DNA from: a virus
Strand: one strand, 5' to 3'
IMG/VR virus record: IMGVR_UViG_3300027740_000183
Span: 73,152-137,151 of that record
Length of the DNA stretch: 64,000 bases
This document shows positions 28,036-39,009 of the stretch, piece by piece. A program made the translations under genes and the position numbers. The notes beneath the pieces were generated by a model, which was given only the letters and a program-made list of their open reading frames with translations, did no database searches and was not told the origin of the DNA. The first letter of the stretch is position 1, and every line of letters starts with the position of its first letter.

Positions 28036-28245
28036 CTACTTCTTCTCAGAACAATTACTACAGGGCTCCACCACAACAGCTTCTATTGCTTCTATCTCGT
28101 CTAATGAGGATCCGTAAACTAATCTAAGCTCTTTTAGAATGTCCTCTCCAGCTTCTTTGATGACTATTGTATTAAATCTTACCGCATTTAAAGTAGCTCC
28201 GCAAGAGCAACCTAGCAAAAGAACTCTTTTTCCTACATTTTCCAT
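28036..28245 (-). CDS. Small Zn-binding hypothetical protein
   Basis: CSCG...PCSNC; AAGGAG RBS. Confidence 0.55.
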   Translation of the reverse strand: MENVGKRVLLLGCSCGATLNAVRFNTIVIKEAGEDILKELRLVYGSSLDEIEAIEAVVVEPCSNCSEKK

Positions 28246-28269
28246 GGTTTAGATATCTCCTTATATCGA

Positions 28270-28491
28270 CTAAGGAACTAGTGTTGATTTCAAATTTTCT
28301 GGAACTTCTACTAATCTATATTGTTTACCCTCTAACACAACAAATGCGCATTTTAAAAATAATTCTTTTTCGCGCTTTATGTCTTCTTCTTGTATATAGT
28401 TTAATAAATGAATTTTATCTAGCTCTTTGTTTTCTTTTTTAGTCAATAACTCTCTATTACAAAAAACAATAACACTTTGTTCTTTAAACAT
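28270..28491 (-). CDS. Hypothetical protein
   Basis: AAGGAG RBS upstream. Confidence 0.5.
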   Translation of the reverse strand: MFKEQSVIVFCNRELLTKKENKELDKIHLLNYIQEEDIKREKELFLKCAFVVLEGKQYRLVEVPENLKSTLVP

Positions 28492-28507
28492 ACAATTTAC
28501 TCCTTAC

Positions 28508-28943
28508 GATCTCCGTAGTGAGAAAGCCCACCCATTTATGGGTGGGATGAATCGCGTTAACTGATCCATTATAGTGTTTTTCATTACCTTATTGTTAATA
28601 AATGAAGAGTTTTTGATCCTTGAACTCTTCAAAACAAGTTTACCTGGCTTTCCAGTAACTGGGACTCGCAAGCCCAGTCTACTATTACTAGTAGGTAAAT
28701 CCACTTCGAGGTTGTTATTAGTCCGTACTTTGTCTTGATCACTGAGACTTTGGTCTCTGTTTAAACCAAGGCTTGTAGAGCTACAGGCTTGTGGAGCACC
28801 TGTAGGTACGTTCTTTAACTTTGCTAATAACTTCTGCATGGTTGTTTCCAACTAGCCCTCTAATCAACTATTGGATTAGTATTTCTACCTCACCTATCTC
28901 GTAATCACTTACAAGCCCACGACTTTAGTCGTGGGTAATTGAC
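28508..28943 (-). mobile_element. Internally deleted IscB element (omegaRNA + both ends)
   Basis: omegaRNA nearly identical to 27511-27761, decayed PLMP start (GLRVPV), iscB 3' tail (AATGGATCAGTTAACGCGATTCAT) and end hairpin CCCACCCATAAATGGGTGGG; GTAAG follows. Confidence 0.85.
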
Positions 28944-29623
28944 TTACTCAGCACACTAACTAACTTTTTCAGCACTTCTTTTTCCTCAGAATTTAAAAAT
29001 TTAACTACCTCTTCAAAATTTATTTTATTTTTTGACAAAACGGAAAGAATGTCAGGAAAATCTTTTCCCTGTCTTTTCTTATTACCTACCCCCGCTTTTA
29101 ATTTTAAAACTACCAAAGCTTCCGCACTAACGACGGGCAGCAAAACCTTAAGTACATTTTCGTTACTAGCTGTGCCTGATGCCCACTTGGCTGCCTCGTC
29201 AGTAGCCACCAACATTTCTACGTAACCAGCAGAACTTCTATGATCTAGTGTTAATACAGTACCAGTGGAACTTTTTCCTTTATAAAAATTAAATTTAGCC
29301 ATGTAGCCAGAATCTCTTAGCTTATCACTACTTGGTAATTTTGATACCAGTACATCAATATCTTCGGTAGATCTTAGCTGCCCTCTCGCACATACAGCTA
29401 ATCCACCAATAACAGCAAATTTTATTCCGCAGTCTTTAAGCAAATTATTCAAGTCTTGCAATATGTTAGAGGGGGGTAAATTTCCTACAGTAGTCCTATC
29501 ACTAATACCACGAGCAATTTTTAAAGCCTTAATTGCAAGATCCTCTTTGCCTTCACTAGTCAGAGTTTCCGCTAGCTTTTTCAGCGCTAAAATAGTTTCT
29601 CTATTGTCGTTAGGATTATCCAT
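28925..29623 (-). CDS. Nucleotidyltransferase (pol-beta fold, AbiEii/DUF6036-like) with virion-type N-terminal leader
   Basis: VIGGLAV..RG..RSTEDIDVL, LVVLKL, KD..DI; the last residues (SITHD) derive from the inserted IscB end. Confidence 0.8.
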   Translation of the reverse strand: MDNPNDNRETILALKKLAETLTSEGKEDLAIKALKIARGISDRTTVGNLPPSNILQDLNNLLKDCGIKFAVIGGLAVCARGQLRSTEDIDVLVSKLPSSDKLRDSGYMAKFNFYKGKSSTGTVLTLDHRSSAGYVEMLVATDEAAKWASGTASNENVLKVLLPVVSAEALVVLKLKAGVGNKKRQGKDFPDILSVLSKNKINFEEVVKFLNSEEKEVLKKLVSVLSKSITHD

Positions 29624-29664
29624 AATTTTCTATTTATATTTTACAATTTTTATGTTCCAGAGTA

Positions 29665-29674
29665 GTTAAATAAC
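29665..29674 (-). promoter_or_regulatory. Putative late promoter GTTATTTAAC
   Basis: Near-identical to the motif before structural genes. Confidence 0.5.
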
Positions 29675-29754
29675 GAGCTAACTGTTAACAAAAATATATC
29701 AAATTTACCTATTTTTTACTTATTTTAGTAATAAACTATAGTGATCCTAACTAC

Positions 29755-30549
29755 TTACATTCCCAAGATATATTCTACAGCTGCCTCCGCTTTTTTGTAA
29801 CATTTTTCAACAATTTTTTTCTTATGGTTTTCTTTGTTAATAATTCTACTGTCACTTAAAATATCTTTTAACACATTATTAATGTAGGCTAAACTATTAT
29901 AAAATGTTTGAGAAGAAATATCACTACGTACAGAAAGTATACAAGATCCTAATTCTGCAACAAGTTCCTCTTCTTTGTAGTTTTTTGATTCTCGTTTAGG
30001 TAACTTTGTCCTAAATCTTCCTAATCTTTTTTTATGGGCAGTGCTATGAACTAATTCATGATACAAACTAGCATAATAAGACTCTGGATTTATAAAATAA
30101 TTTAAATCAGGAATTCTAATGATGTCAAAAACTCTATTATAAAAAGGTGAAGTAAAGTCTAGCTCTATCTTTACATTAGAATAATTTAAATACTTTTTTA
30201 CAATTTTTTCACACTTACTGTACTTTTTGTCAAGCTTAACTTTTGGTATTTTAATACCGGTACAATTTTCTATATTATAAAATTTTATACCATGTTGATA
30301 AATCCCAAGCCATGATTCTGGCACCCCAAATGTATTTATTGCTTTAGTCCCCAATTCTTTTAATTGGTCTTCAGTGATCCAATACCTAGATCCTCCAAGA
30401 CAAGTAAATCCAGGATATAGTTCTCCGGTTATGTAATTCTCTGGGCAAGAATTTTGCCAAGTTTGTTTCCATTTAGTATTTTTCCTATAACTTAAAGCAG
30501 CGGAAACAATGTTAATTTTTAACTCTTCTTTGTTGTACTGTTTTGACAC
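29755..30549 (-). CDS. ArdC-like antirestriction / ssDNA-binding protein with zincin domain
   Basis: W...W...P.N..TG..Y.G N-terminus; YYASLYHELVHST.H..RL.R; EELVAELGS. Confidence 0.8.
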   Translation of the reverse strand: MSKQYNKEELKINIVSAALSYRKNTKWKQTWQNSCPENYITGELYPGFTCLGGSRYWITEDQLKELGTKAINTFGVPESWLGIYQHGIKFYNIENCTGIKIPKVKLDKKYSKCEKIVKKYLNYSNVKIELDFTSPFYNRVFDIIRIPDLNYFINPESYYASLYHELVHSTAHKKRLGRFRTKLPKRESKNYKEEELVAELGSCILSVRSDISSQTFYNSLAYINNVLKDILSDSRIINKENHKKKIVEKCYKKAEAAVEYILGM

Positions 30550-30828
30550 TATGACTACTTTTTAACCAGTTCTATTTTACCGATATACAACGCTTTGACT
30601 AGTGGGAAAAAGTCTTGGTTATGATCATCGGATCCATACCATACCCACACCTCTTCTCCATTATGAAGCAATTTACGCTCGATAGTATAACGAAGATGAT
30701 AGTCTCCATCACTACAAGTATCTTCTTCCCAAGCCACTATTCGGTATTTTGGTGTACCGTCTCCAAAATCCCCATATTCTGCTACAACCTTCATAACTAC
30801 TCCATACTGCACAAAAATAATAATCAGT

Positions 30829-31542
30829 CTAATTCAAAAACTTCTTAGTAGCAAACATAACATTATCTGTTAAATTGACATCATCTTTTTGTAGCTCTTG
30901 CTTAACATTAAAAGATTGACTGTTTACTAAAAAAGAATTTAGCAGTTCTTTACTTTTTTTAGTGTCTTCATGTAGTACTTCTTCTAATACACTAGTCAGA
31001 TAGGTGGAATTTGATAAAGTACCCATAGAAATGTAATAATCTAAGGAATTACGAAAATCTAAAATTTCTTTGGTTTTTTCAAAAGCTAAATCAACAATAC
31101 CTTTTAATGCCTTTCTCTGTGATCCACTTACTTTATGAAATAATCTAGTAATTGGAATGCTCCCTTTAATAAGAATTGCTTTTACTTTTTCTACCTCCTC
31201 AACGGGCAAAGAAACCTCTTCTTTCTGTGAAGTCACATAAGAATAATGACCATCATTCCAAATTTTAGGGCTACACAATTGCCCATAATTTTCCATAACA
31301 ATTATCCAATTAAAAAAATTTCCATTAACTAAATTAGGAGGAGTAGTAGATACTCTTATAGCTCCCCCATCACTAGGAATAAACACAAAACCAGCAGGTA
31401 TCTCTAAAGTGTCAGAAATTACAGAACTAAGTATTTCTTTTAAAATTTTATCAATTGTTTTATCTGTAACTATACAATCCGTTGATGTAATGATAAAAAT
31501 AATAGATGGATCATCTTTAATTTGTTTGTTTTTCTTTGCCAT
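30829..31542 (-). CDS. Hypothetical protein
   Basis: 237-aa ORF. Confidence 0.5.
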   Translation of the reverse strand: MAKKNKQIKDDPSIIFIITSTDCIVTDKTIDKILKEILSSVISDTLEIPAGFVFIPSDGGAIRVSTTPPNLVNGNFFNWIIVMENYGQLCSPKIWNDGHYSYVTSQKEEVSLPVEEVEKVKAILIKGSIPITRLFHKVSGSQRKALKGIVDLAFEKTKEILDFRNSLDYYISMGTLSNSTYLTSVLEEVLHEDTKKSKELLNSFLVNSQSFNVKQELQKDDVNLTDNVMFATKKFLN

Positions 31543-31575
31543 TTTATTCTTTTTTTACTTTTAAGTCTTATATAC

Positions 31576-32025
31576 CTACTTATATTTTAAAAATTGTAAT
31601 GCAACATTAACTGCTTTATTCACACTACTCCAAAAATCTTCTGTGTCTTTGTCATCAACTGATTTTTTCAACTTCCATAAATCATAATCAGTCTTTACCG
31701 CATGCTCCGCGCAACGACGATAACCCATATCTTTCTTTTTTATACTTAAAATAACAGAATTTATGGCTTTTTCACGATCCCTAAAACCCCTTACTTCGTG
31801 TTTAATTACTCGTGTAAGACCTAAATTAATTAAATTTCTAGCCTCTGTTTCCCAGTGTTGAATCCATTTAGTTTTACCCTCTTTTCTAGCAAGTCTGGCT
31901 TTGTAAAATCCAAGCAAAGCACCACTTATATACTCTTCAACCTTATCTTTAAAAGTTTCCCTGTTATAAGCCATAGCTAAAATAAGCCGCTGTACGCTTT
32001 CTTCTATGTATTTTTCACTTTTCAT
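31576..32025 (-). CDS. Hypothetical protein
   Basis: 149-aa helical ORF. Confidence 0.5.
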   Translation of the reverse strand: MKSEKYIEESVQRLILAMAYNRETFKDKVEEYISGALLGFYKARLARKEGKTKWIQHWETEARNLINLGLTRVIKHEVRGFRDREKAINSVILSIKKKDMGYRRCAEHAVKTDYDLWKLKKSVDDKDTEDFWSSVNKAVNVALQFLKYK

Positions 32026-32037
32026 ATTAAATTATTT

Positions 32038-32358
32038 CTATCCCAAAGTTTTATGTTTCTCATGAATGCTTTCCATACCATCATAATTGTGAATTTCCCA
32101 TTCTATATCATCTGGTATTTCTATAACATAAAGATCAGCACAAGCACCGCTAGCTTTCTCCTCACCTATTTCTTCTACCGCTTTTACTAAACATTCATTA
32201 GAACGATAAGCCTTGCAATTATTTGACTTTATGTATAAATCCTCATTACATAAATAACCAAAACCATCCCATACCAAACCAAGTGCATCGTATACCTTTT
32301 TAGATACACTAAAACCACCGTAACACTTATTTATAACTATTTTCATAACATTCTCCAT
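32038..32358 (-). CDS. Conserved phage hypothetical protein
   Basis: KIVINKCYGGFSVS...LVKAVEE.G..ASG..A.L.V.EIPDD.EW.I.NYDG.E, a pattern widespread in phages. Confidence 0.7.
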   Translation of the reverse strand: MENVMKIVINKCYGGFSVSKKVYDALGLVWDGFGYLCNEDLYIKSNNCKAYRSNECLVKAVEEIGEEKASGACADLYVIEIPDDIEWEIHNYDGMESIHEKHKTLG

Positions 32359-32368
32359 TTCTTCCTAT

Positions 32369-32396
32369 ATTATAACACACCCTTAAAACCTGTCAA
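32369..32396 (-). promoter_or_regulatory. sigma70-type promoter
   Basis: TTGACA-16 nt-TATAAT with TG extension. Confidence 0.8.
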
Positions 32397-32397
32397 C

Positions 32398-33162
32398 CTA
32401 TTTCGAACTAAAATTTGGACTAAAACAAATTGGAGCAAGTTTGCAGTGATACTCTTCCTTACCTTCAACCATACTTCCACATATACCTTCTGGACACACA
32501 CCCTCCGCTATCAACAAATCCCCCTCTTTCTTTGCTTTTATCTGTTCTTCCAGCATATTTGTAATTGCATCATACTCAAACACTTTATATTTTCTTGGAT
32601 TATCTCTGCTTATGTAAAGCATTGTTACTTTATTAAGATCCATCCCGTACTGTTCGTTCAGAGCGGAAACATAGCTAGAGGCTTGGCAAGCCCACTCAAT
32701 AAAAACAGCCTCTTTCATCTTATCCAATAAACTAGCACTTTTTGTCTTTATCTCTAACACACTTTTACTTATAGGTATTACACCATCTACAAAGCCACTC
32801 ATACCAAAAAGATCACGACTAATCTCTAATTCCTTGTAATGCATTGGTACATCACAACTAGGGCACATTTGAGGGCCTACCCCAAAGTGTACTGTATACT
32901 TACACTTCTCACATTCCCAATGACCATACAACAATCCTGCTAACCCAAGATAATTTTGAACCACTTTATGTATTGCAACACCCTGTGTGGTATAAAACTC
33001 GGAATAAAAATTCCAAGAATCCGTTATAGTATCCCCATATTTCTTGATAAGAAAGTGCTCTTTACCACAATAAGGAAAATCAGAGGCACGAAAAGACGCC
33101 TTGAAAGGGATTAAATATTCTTTACTAAACGCTTCGTTTATCGCTTTTGTGATAGTACTCAT
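32398..33162 (-). CDS. Cas4-like PD-(D/E)XK exonuclease with Zn-ribbon insert
   Basis: C..., G.AIH, G.VDG, LEIKT, Q..SY, C-terminal C...C..C cluster; start MSTITK. Confidence 0.8.
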   Translation of the reverse strand: MSTITKAINEAFSKEYLIPFKASFRASDFPYCGKEHFLIKKYGDTITDSWNFYSEFYTTQGVAIHKVVQNYLGLAGLLYGHWECEKCKYTVHFGVGPQMCPSCDVPMHYKELEISRDLFGMSGFVDGVIPISKSVLEIKTKSASLLDKMKEAVFIEWACQASSYVSALNEQYGMDLNKVTMLYISRDNPRKYKVFEYDAITNMLEEQIKAKKEGDLLIAEGVCPEGICGSMVEGKEEYHCKLAPICFSPNFSSK

Positions 33163-33410
33163 TTTCCTGGGATGTCTGATTCCACCGGTGCGTCTGCTTC
33201 TACTTTGGCAAACTTGTAAACATCTTTTATGAAAGCATGTTGAAATTCCCCTTTTGAAGAGGCCAGGCAAAAAGACCAGAAAATTTGTTCAGGTACTTCA
33301 GAATAGAGATACAGAAATTTTCCTTTGAATTTAATACTAAGTGTTTTAGTTTCTCTACAATACCAAAATTGCTCGATCGTTGCTGCTTTTGGCGTCGCTA
33401 ATGTTAACAT
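33159..33410 (-). CDS. KTSC domain protein
   Basis: L.I.F.G..Y.Y..VP...F..F..A.SKG.F...IK. Confidence 0.85.
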   Translation of the reverse strand: MLTLATPKAATIEQFWYCRETKTLSIKFKGKFLYLYSEVPEQIFWSFCLASSKGEFQHAFIKDVYKFAKVEADAPVESDIPGK

Positions 33411-33429
33411 TTTAATTCTCCTTATATAG

Positions 33430-33460
33430 TCCAAGTCTGTAAGGTACTGGGATACCTTTT
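33430..33460 (-). promoter_or_regulatory. 31-nt 5'-leader repeat / putative pseudoknot, copy 4
   Basis: AAAAGGTATCCCAGTACCTTACAGACTTGGA, upstream of the KTSC RBS. Confidence 0.7.
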
Positions 33461-33475
33461 AATTTATCCTTATTT

Positions 33476-33781
33476 TTAAAACAAAAACACTACATGATAT
33501 AAAATAAGCAAAAAATATAACAAACACATGATGACCATGCAAACTTTTGAAAATGTGTACTTACGTAATCTAAGCAGCAAAAAAGAGCCTAATAACACTA
33601 AAACTACTTTAACTACTAAAAATAAAGCAACACTTCGCATCAATAAAACAAACATTAAAGGGTTTAACTCATAAGCGTCACCACTTCGTACTTTCCATGT
33701 AGTAAAGGAAGCATCTAAAATATTTAGAGCATTTAAAAATACAAACAGGAAAACAAAATATCTGTTAATCCATTTTAGCAT
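33476..33781 (-). CDS. DUF5658-like membrane protein
   Basis: LNILDA.FT...G.A.ELNPLM, three hydrophobic helices. Confidence 0.7.
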   Translation of the reverse strand: MLKWINRYFVFLFVFLNALNILDASFTTWKVRSGDAYELNPLMFVLLMRSVALFLVVKVVLVLLGSFLLLRLRKYTFSKVCMVIMCLLYFLLILYHVVFLF

Positions 33782-33796
33782 GGGATGATCGGTGGG

Positions 33797-33827
33797 TCCC
33801 AGTCTATAAGGTGCTGGGATACCTTTT
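33797..33827 (-). promoter_or_regulatory. 31-nt 5'-leader repeat / putative pseudoknot, copy 5
   Basis: AAAAGGTATCCCAGCACCTTATAGACTGGGA. Confidence 0.75.
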
Positions 33828-34054
33828 ACAATAATCTTAAGTAACCTTCCTCAGCTTGTGGATCCTGCAGTACTATCAATTCTTTAGTTATTGCAACGGC
33901 GCCAAAATCACCTTCCAAATAAAAACTAGCCTGGTACTTTCTAAGAATTCCGAAGTAGTTATCATATGTAGCAAACAGCCCAAATAAATTACGCGCTAAT
34001 TTTTTAACACAAACTCTATGCCCAACAAACTGCTCTAGTGTATCAAAATCCATC

Positions 34055-34579
34055 TTATTTCTCACAACTGGCTGCACCAGTACCGTAAACATTTTCTGAC
34101 GCTTCTGTATAAATCACTTTTTCTTCACTAATATTTATATTGAATAGCTTGTAACCAATTTTTATAATAGCAAAATTATTCATTTGCGCCACTACTTTAA
34201 TATCTTTTGGTTCAAGAGGAACAAGAGCCCCAAAATCTACAACAGAAGAATCCGTAATATTTAAAAATGCCCCTTTGCACTTATAAGTATTTATATTTCC
34301 ATATTTATTACAAGATACTTGATAAACTGTGGTAGTAGAAAAATATTTAGTTTTTCCCTTACCCAAATACTTCTGATAGTCCACATCTAGAGCAACATGC
34401 AAAATTATAGAATTATTTTCTACCAAACAGGTAGGAACTACCACAATATCTTCGCCATAAGGGTTATTGAAAATCTCACCCTCTATGTAGGGAATTTTAA
34501 CATCTTGCGCTTGTGCCTCTAAGGTACCTACAAATAATGACACAACTATGCTAAACAACACAAATATATTTTTCATCAA
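34055..34579 (-). CDS. Secreted hypothetical protein
   Basis: Signal peptide ending in AQA. Confidence 0.55.
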   Translation of the reverse strand: MMKNIFVLFSIVVSLFVGTLEAQAQDVKIPYIEGEIFNNPYGEDIVVVPTCLVENNSIILHVALDVDYQKYLGKGKTKYFSTTTVYQVSCNKYGNINTYKCKGAFLNITDSSVVDFGALVPLEPKDIKVVAQMNNFAIIKIGYKLFNINISEEKVIYTEASENVYGTGAASCEK

Positions 34580-34603
34580 TTAATTCCTTTCTTTATGTTT
34601 AAG

Positions 34604-34634
34604 TCCCAATCTATAAGGTGTTGGGATACCTTTT
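34604..34634 (-). promoter_or_regulatory. 31-nt 5'-leader repeat / putative pseudoknot, copy 6
   Basis: AAAAGGTATCCCAACACCTTATAGATTGGGA, downstream of promoter 34688-34715. Confidence 0.75.
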
Positions 34635-34687
34635 ATACTGCCCAATCAAAAAGATAAGTAATTTATTCAAATCTTGCCTTCTCTCCT

Positions 34688-34715
34688 ATCTTAGCACAGC
34701 CCTAAAATTTGTCAA
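34688..34715 (-). promoter_or_regulatory. sigma70-type promoter
   Basis: TTGACA-16 nt-TAAGAT with TG extension. Confidence 0.65.
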
Positions 34716-34721
34716 CCAAAA

Positions 34722-35282
34722 TTATCCAATGGGTAAATATTCGTCAGGATCCTCAGTAGTAAAAACATGCTCTTCTGGGCAATCCTTTGTCTTGTCCTCA
34801 ACCACCTCGTCAAAATCTAACACCACCTCTTCCTCTATAACCTCTTCTTTTACACTACTTTTATTTTGCACAAACTCACCCTTCCTCATCCAAACCTTTT
34901 GATCATCATCATAAACAGTACCCCTCATACCCAACCCTAAATTTACAGTATATGTAGGTATATAGTTTACAACAATTCTGTTATCAAGGTAACTAGCTAA
35001 TGTTTTAACTAAATTTAATTTAGCTTCGTCAACACTTATTTCTTCCTTTTGTATCTCTACATACCCATCAATCCTGTTACCATCCTCATCAAAAGAACCG
35101 TTCGTAACATCCACATTGTTGGTCCAAAATGCATTGGATCCACAAATTGGGCAAGTCCAAACAGGTTGGTCTGGATACCAATCCTGCCCTTCCTCGGTGG
35201 AAAAAATAGGAAGTTCATAACAATCTATCCCATGATAATGTCCATTTTTACAGAGCACCTGAATGAAGCCTTCATAACTCAT
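34722..35282 (-). CDS. Zn-ribbon hypothetical protein with acidic tail
   Basis: LCKNGH...CPICG. Confidence 0.55.
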   Translation of the reverse strand: MSYEGFIQVLCKNGHYHGIDCYELPIFSTEEGQDWYPDQPVWTCPICGSNAFWTNNVDVTNGSFDEDGNRIDGYVEIQKEEISVDEAKLNLVKTLASYLDNRIVVNYIPTYTVNLGLGMRGTVYDDDQKVWMRKGEFVQNKSSVKEEVIEEEVVLDFDEVVEDKTKDCPEEHVFTTEDPDEYLPIG

Positions 35283-35297
35283 TTTTATTCCTCCTTT

Positions 35298-37343
<2,046 letters not shown>

Positions 37344-37350
37344 TTACTCC

Positions 37351-38004
37351 TTATCTTGTTCTTCGCGTCCAAAAAGTAATAAAAGCATCTATATTATTTT
37401 TATCAAAGGCTTCTTGACTTAACCAGCCATTAGAACCTATAGATTTTATCCTATTTTCGTCTAACCACTCTGCATATTGATCCAACCAATTTACATCAGA
37501 TGAAAAGTAAATATATTTGCTAAAATAATTAGCTAAGTCACAATGATCATGGGCGCACCACTCACAAGTGGGATCCTTACAGTCTGCATGTAGCATCTTC
37601 GGTACCCATCTATTTATTGCTCCACAATTTTTTACAGCATCTTGCGCTTGTAAAAGACCGGAATGGGTATAATAATGATTACGTTCTGAGTCCTCACAAT
37701 CCTTGAAGTAGATATTTTCTGTAGCATCTTGTGCTTGTAAAAAAGAAGAGTACATATTATAAGAAAGATTACGGGTACAAAAAGAACACTCACCATCGTC
37801 ACAAACATTACAAGGACGATCTTCTACTACACCCTTATCTTTCTCCCTATCTTCTTCAAACATCATGAATTGCTCATCCCAATCACCAATTCCACCCACA
37901 TCTATTGGAAAATCTGTAGGGGACTTTTTATTATTTTTCTCCCAATAAACTTGAAACTTACCCAAGTCTTTCCTAACTTTCTCGATATATTCTTGCAGTG
38001 TCAT
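37351..38004 (-). CDS. Cys-rich hypothetical protein with internal repeat
   Basis: LQAQDA repeated twice; CxxC motifs. Confidence 0.5.
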   Translation of the reverse strand: MTLQEYIEKVRKDLGKFQVYWEKNNKKSPTDFPIDVGGIGDWDEQFMMFEEDREKDKGVVEDRPCNVCDDGECSFCTRNLSYNMYSSFLQAQDATENIYFKDCEDSERNHYYTHSGLLQAQDAVKNCGAINRWVPKMLHADCKDPTCEWCAHDHCDLANYFSKYIYFSSDVNWLDQYAEWLDENRIKSIGSNGWLSQEAFDKNNIDAFITFWTRRTR

Positions 38005-38034
38005 TTTGACTACCCTTTCTATCTTAACACAACT

Positions 38035-39009
38035 CTAAAATATGTCAACAACATTTTTCAACCATTTTAACTGATTTTCATCCAGTGTAGCAGGGTCCAA
38101 CCCATCTGTCAACTCAATATTTTTAACTTTATCCATTACTGTATCCAATCTTACAATTTTTCTATTATTTTTGTCTACCCCATTTATTATTGTTATTGCT
38201 CCATCTCTGCCTGCTTTATCTCCATCCATTAGTGTAATGACTTTCCTTACACCTAAAGTAATAAGAACATCTAACTTACATTGGCTCCAATTAGACACAC
38301 CAAGTATGGATAAAGCAGGAATACCATATTGATTCAACACTAAAGCATCTACGGGACCTTCCACTAGTACCATTTTGCTAACGTCGGCAAAATGGTTACG
38401 TACATAATCAAAAGGAAACAGCACCCTCTTAGCGCTCATAAAATCAGCATTATCATAAGGAAGAATTTTGATGTCGTCTAGTCGTCTTCCTGTGTAACCA
38501 ACCAATTTGCCCCACTGATAAAAAGGAAACAGTATTCTTTCCACCCTGTTACCAAATTGATCTACTTGATGCCATAAATAAATAGGCAACAAGGACAAAA
38601 AATCTACACGTAACCCTCTCCAAGCTTCACCATTGCCTGTGATACCATCCCATACCTCTATATTTTCTGGGAGGGAGGGCTCCTTATCGAAATTTAAAGA
38701 GGACTCTACATGTTTTTTTACAAATTTAGCTACATCTGCATCAGGAAACTTTTCTTTATCTTTACCTTTACTGAATGGAACTAGTCCTAATTTTGGTGCC
38801 AAACTATTCCAAGACCCACTCCAATCACAGCGCCAGCAATGAGCTTTTGACCCATCTTTGGTTATTTCTAACTTGTAAGGGTGTGTTTTGTGATCCGCAC
38901 CATCACAACTGGGGTCAAAGCACCTTATTTTAAAATTAGTTCTTGACTCCCTAAAATGAGTTCCTGATCTAAGAAGTTCCGATCTGATATGATATTCTTT
39001 ATCAAACAT
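38035..39009 (-). CDS. dnaG: DNA primase (Zn-binding + TOPRIM)
   Basis: C..C..H..CWRC, GYTGR, LVEGPVDAL, MDGDKAG, DP; start MFDKEY because the longer ORF begins inside the IS end. Confidence 0.9.
   Translation of the reverse strand: MFDKEYHIRSELLRSGTHFRESRTNFKIRCFDPSCDGADHKTHPYKLEITKDGSKAHCWRCDWSGSWNSLAPKLGLVPFSKGKDKEKFPDADVAKFVKKHVESSLNFDKEPSLPENIEVWDGITGNGEAWRGLRVDFLSLLPIYLWHQVDQFGNRVERILFPFYQWGKLVGYTGRRLDDIKILPYDNADFMSAKRVLFPFDYVRNHFADVSKMVLVEGPVDALVLNQYGIPALSILGVSNWSQCKLDVLITLGVRKVITLMDGDKAGRDGAITIINGVDKNNRKIVRLDTVMDKVKNIELTDGLDPATLDENQLKWLKNVVDIF

Noticed and set aside
28504-28851. 115-aa ORF; likewise ORF 1282-1500
   Set aside because: Spurious translation of omegaRNA scaffolds.
32398-34634. 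CRISPR array: Cas4-like gene next to three 31-nt repeats
   Set aside because: The repeats are separated by whole genes (0.3-0.8 kb), not 30-40-nt spacers; no cas1/cas2; solo Cas4-like nucleases are common in phages.
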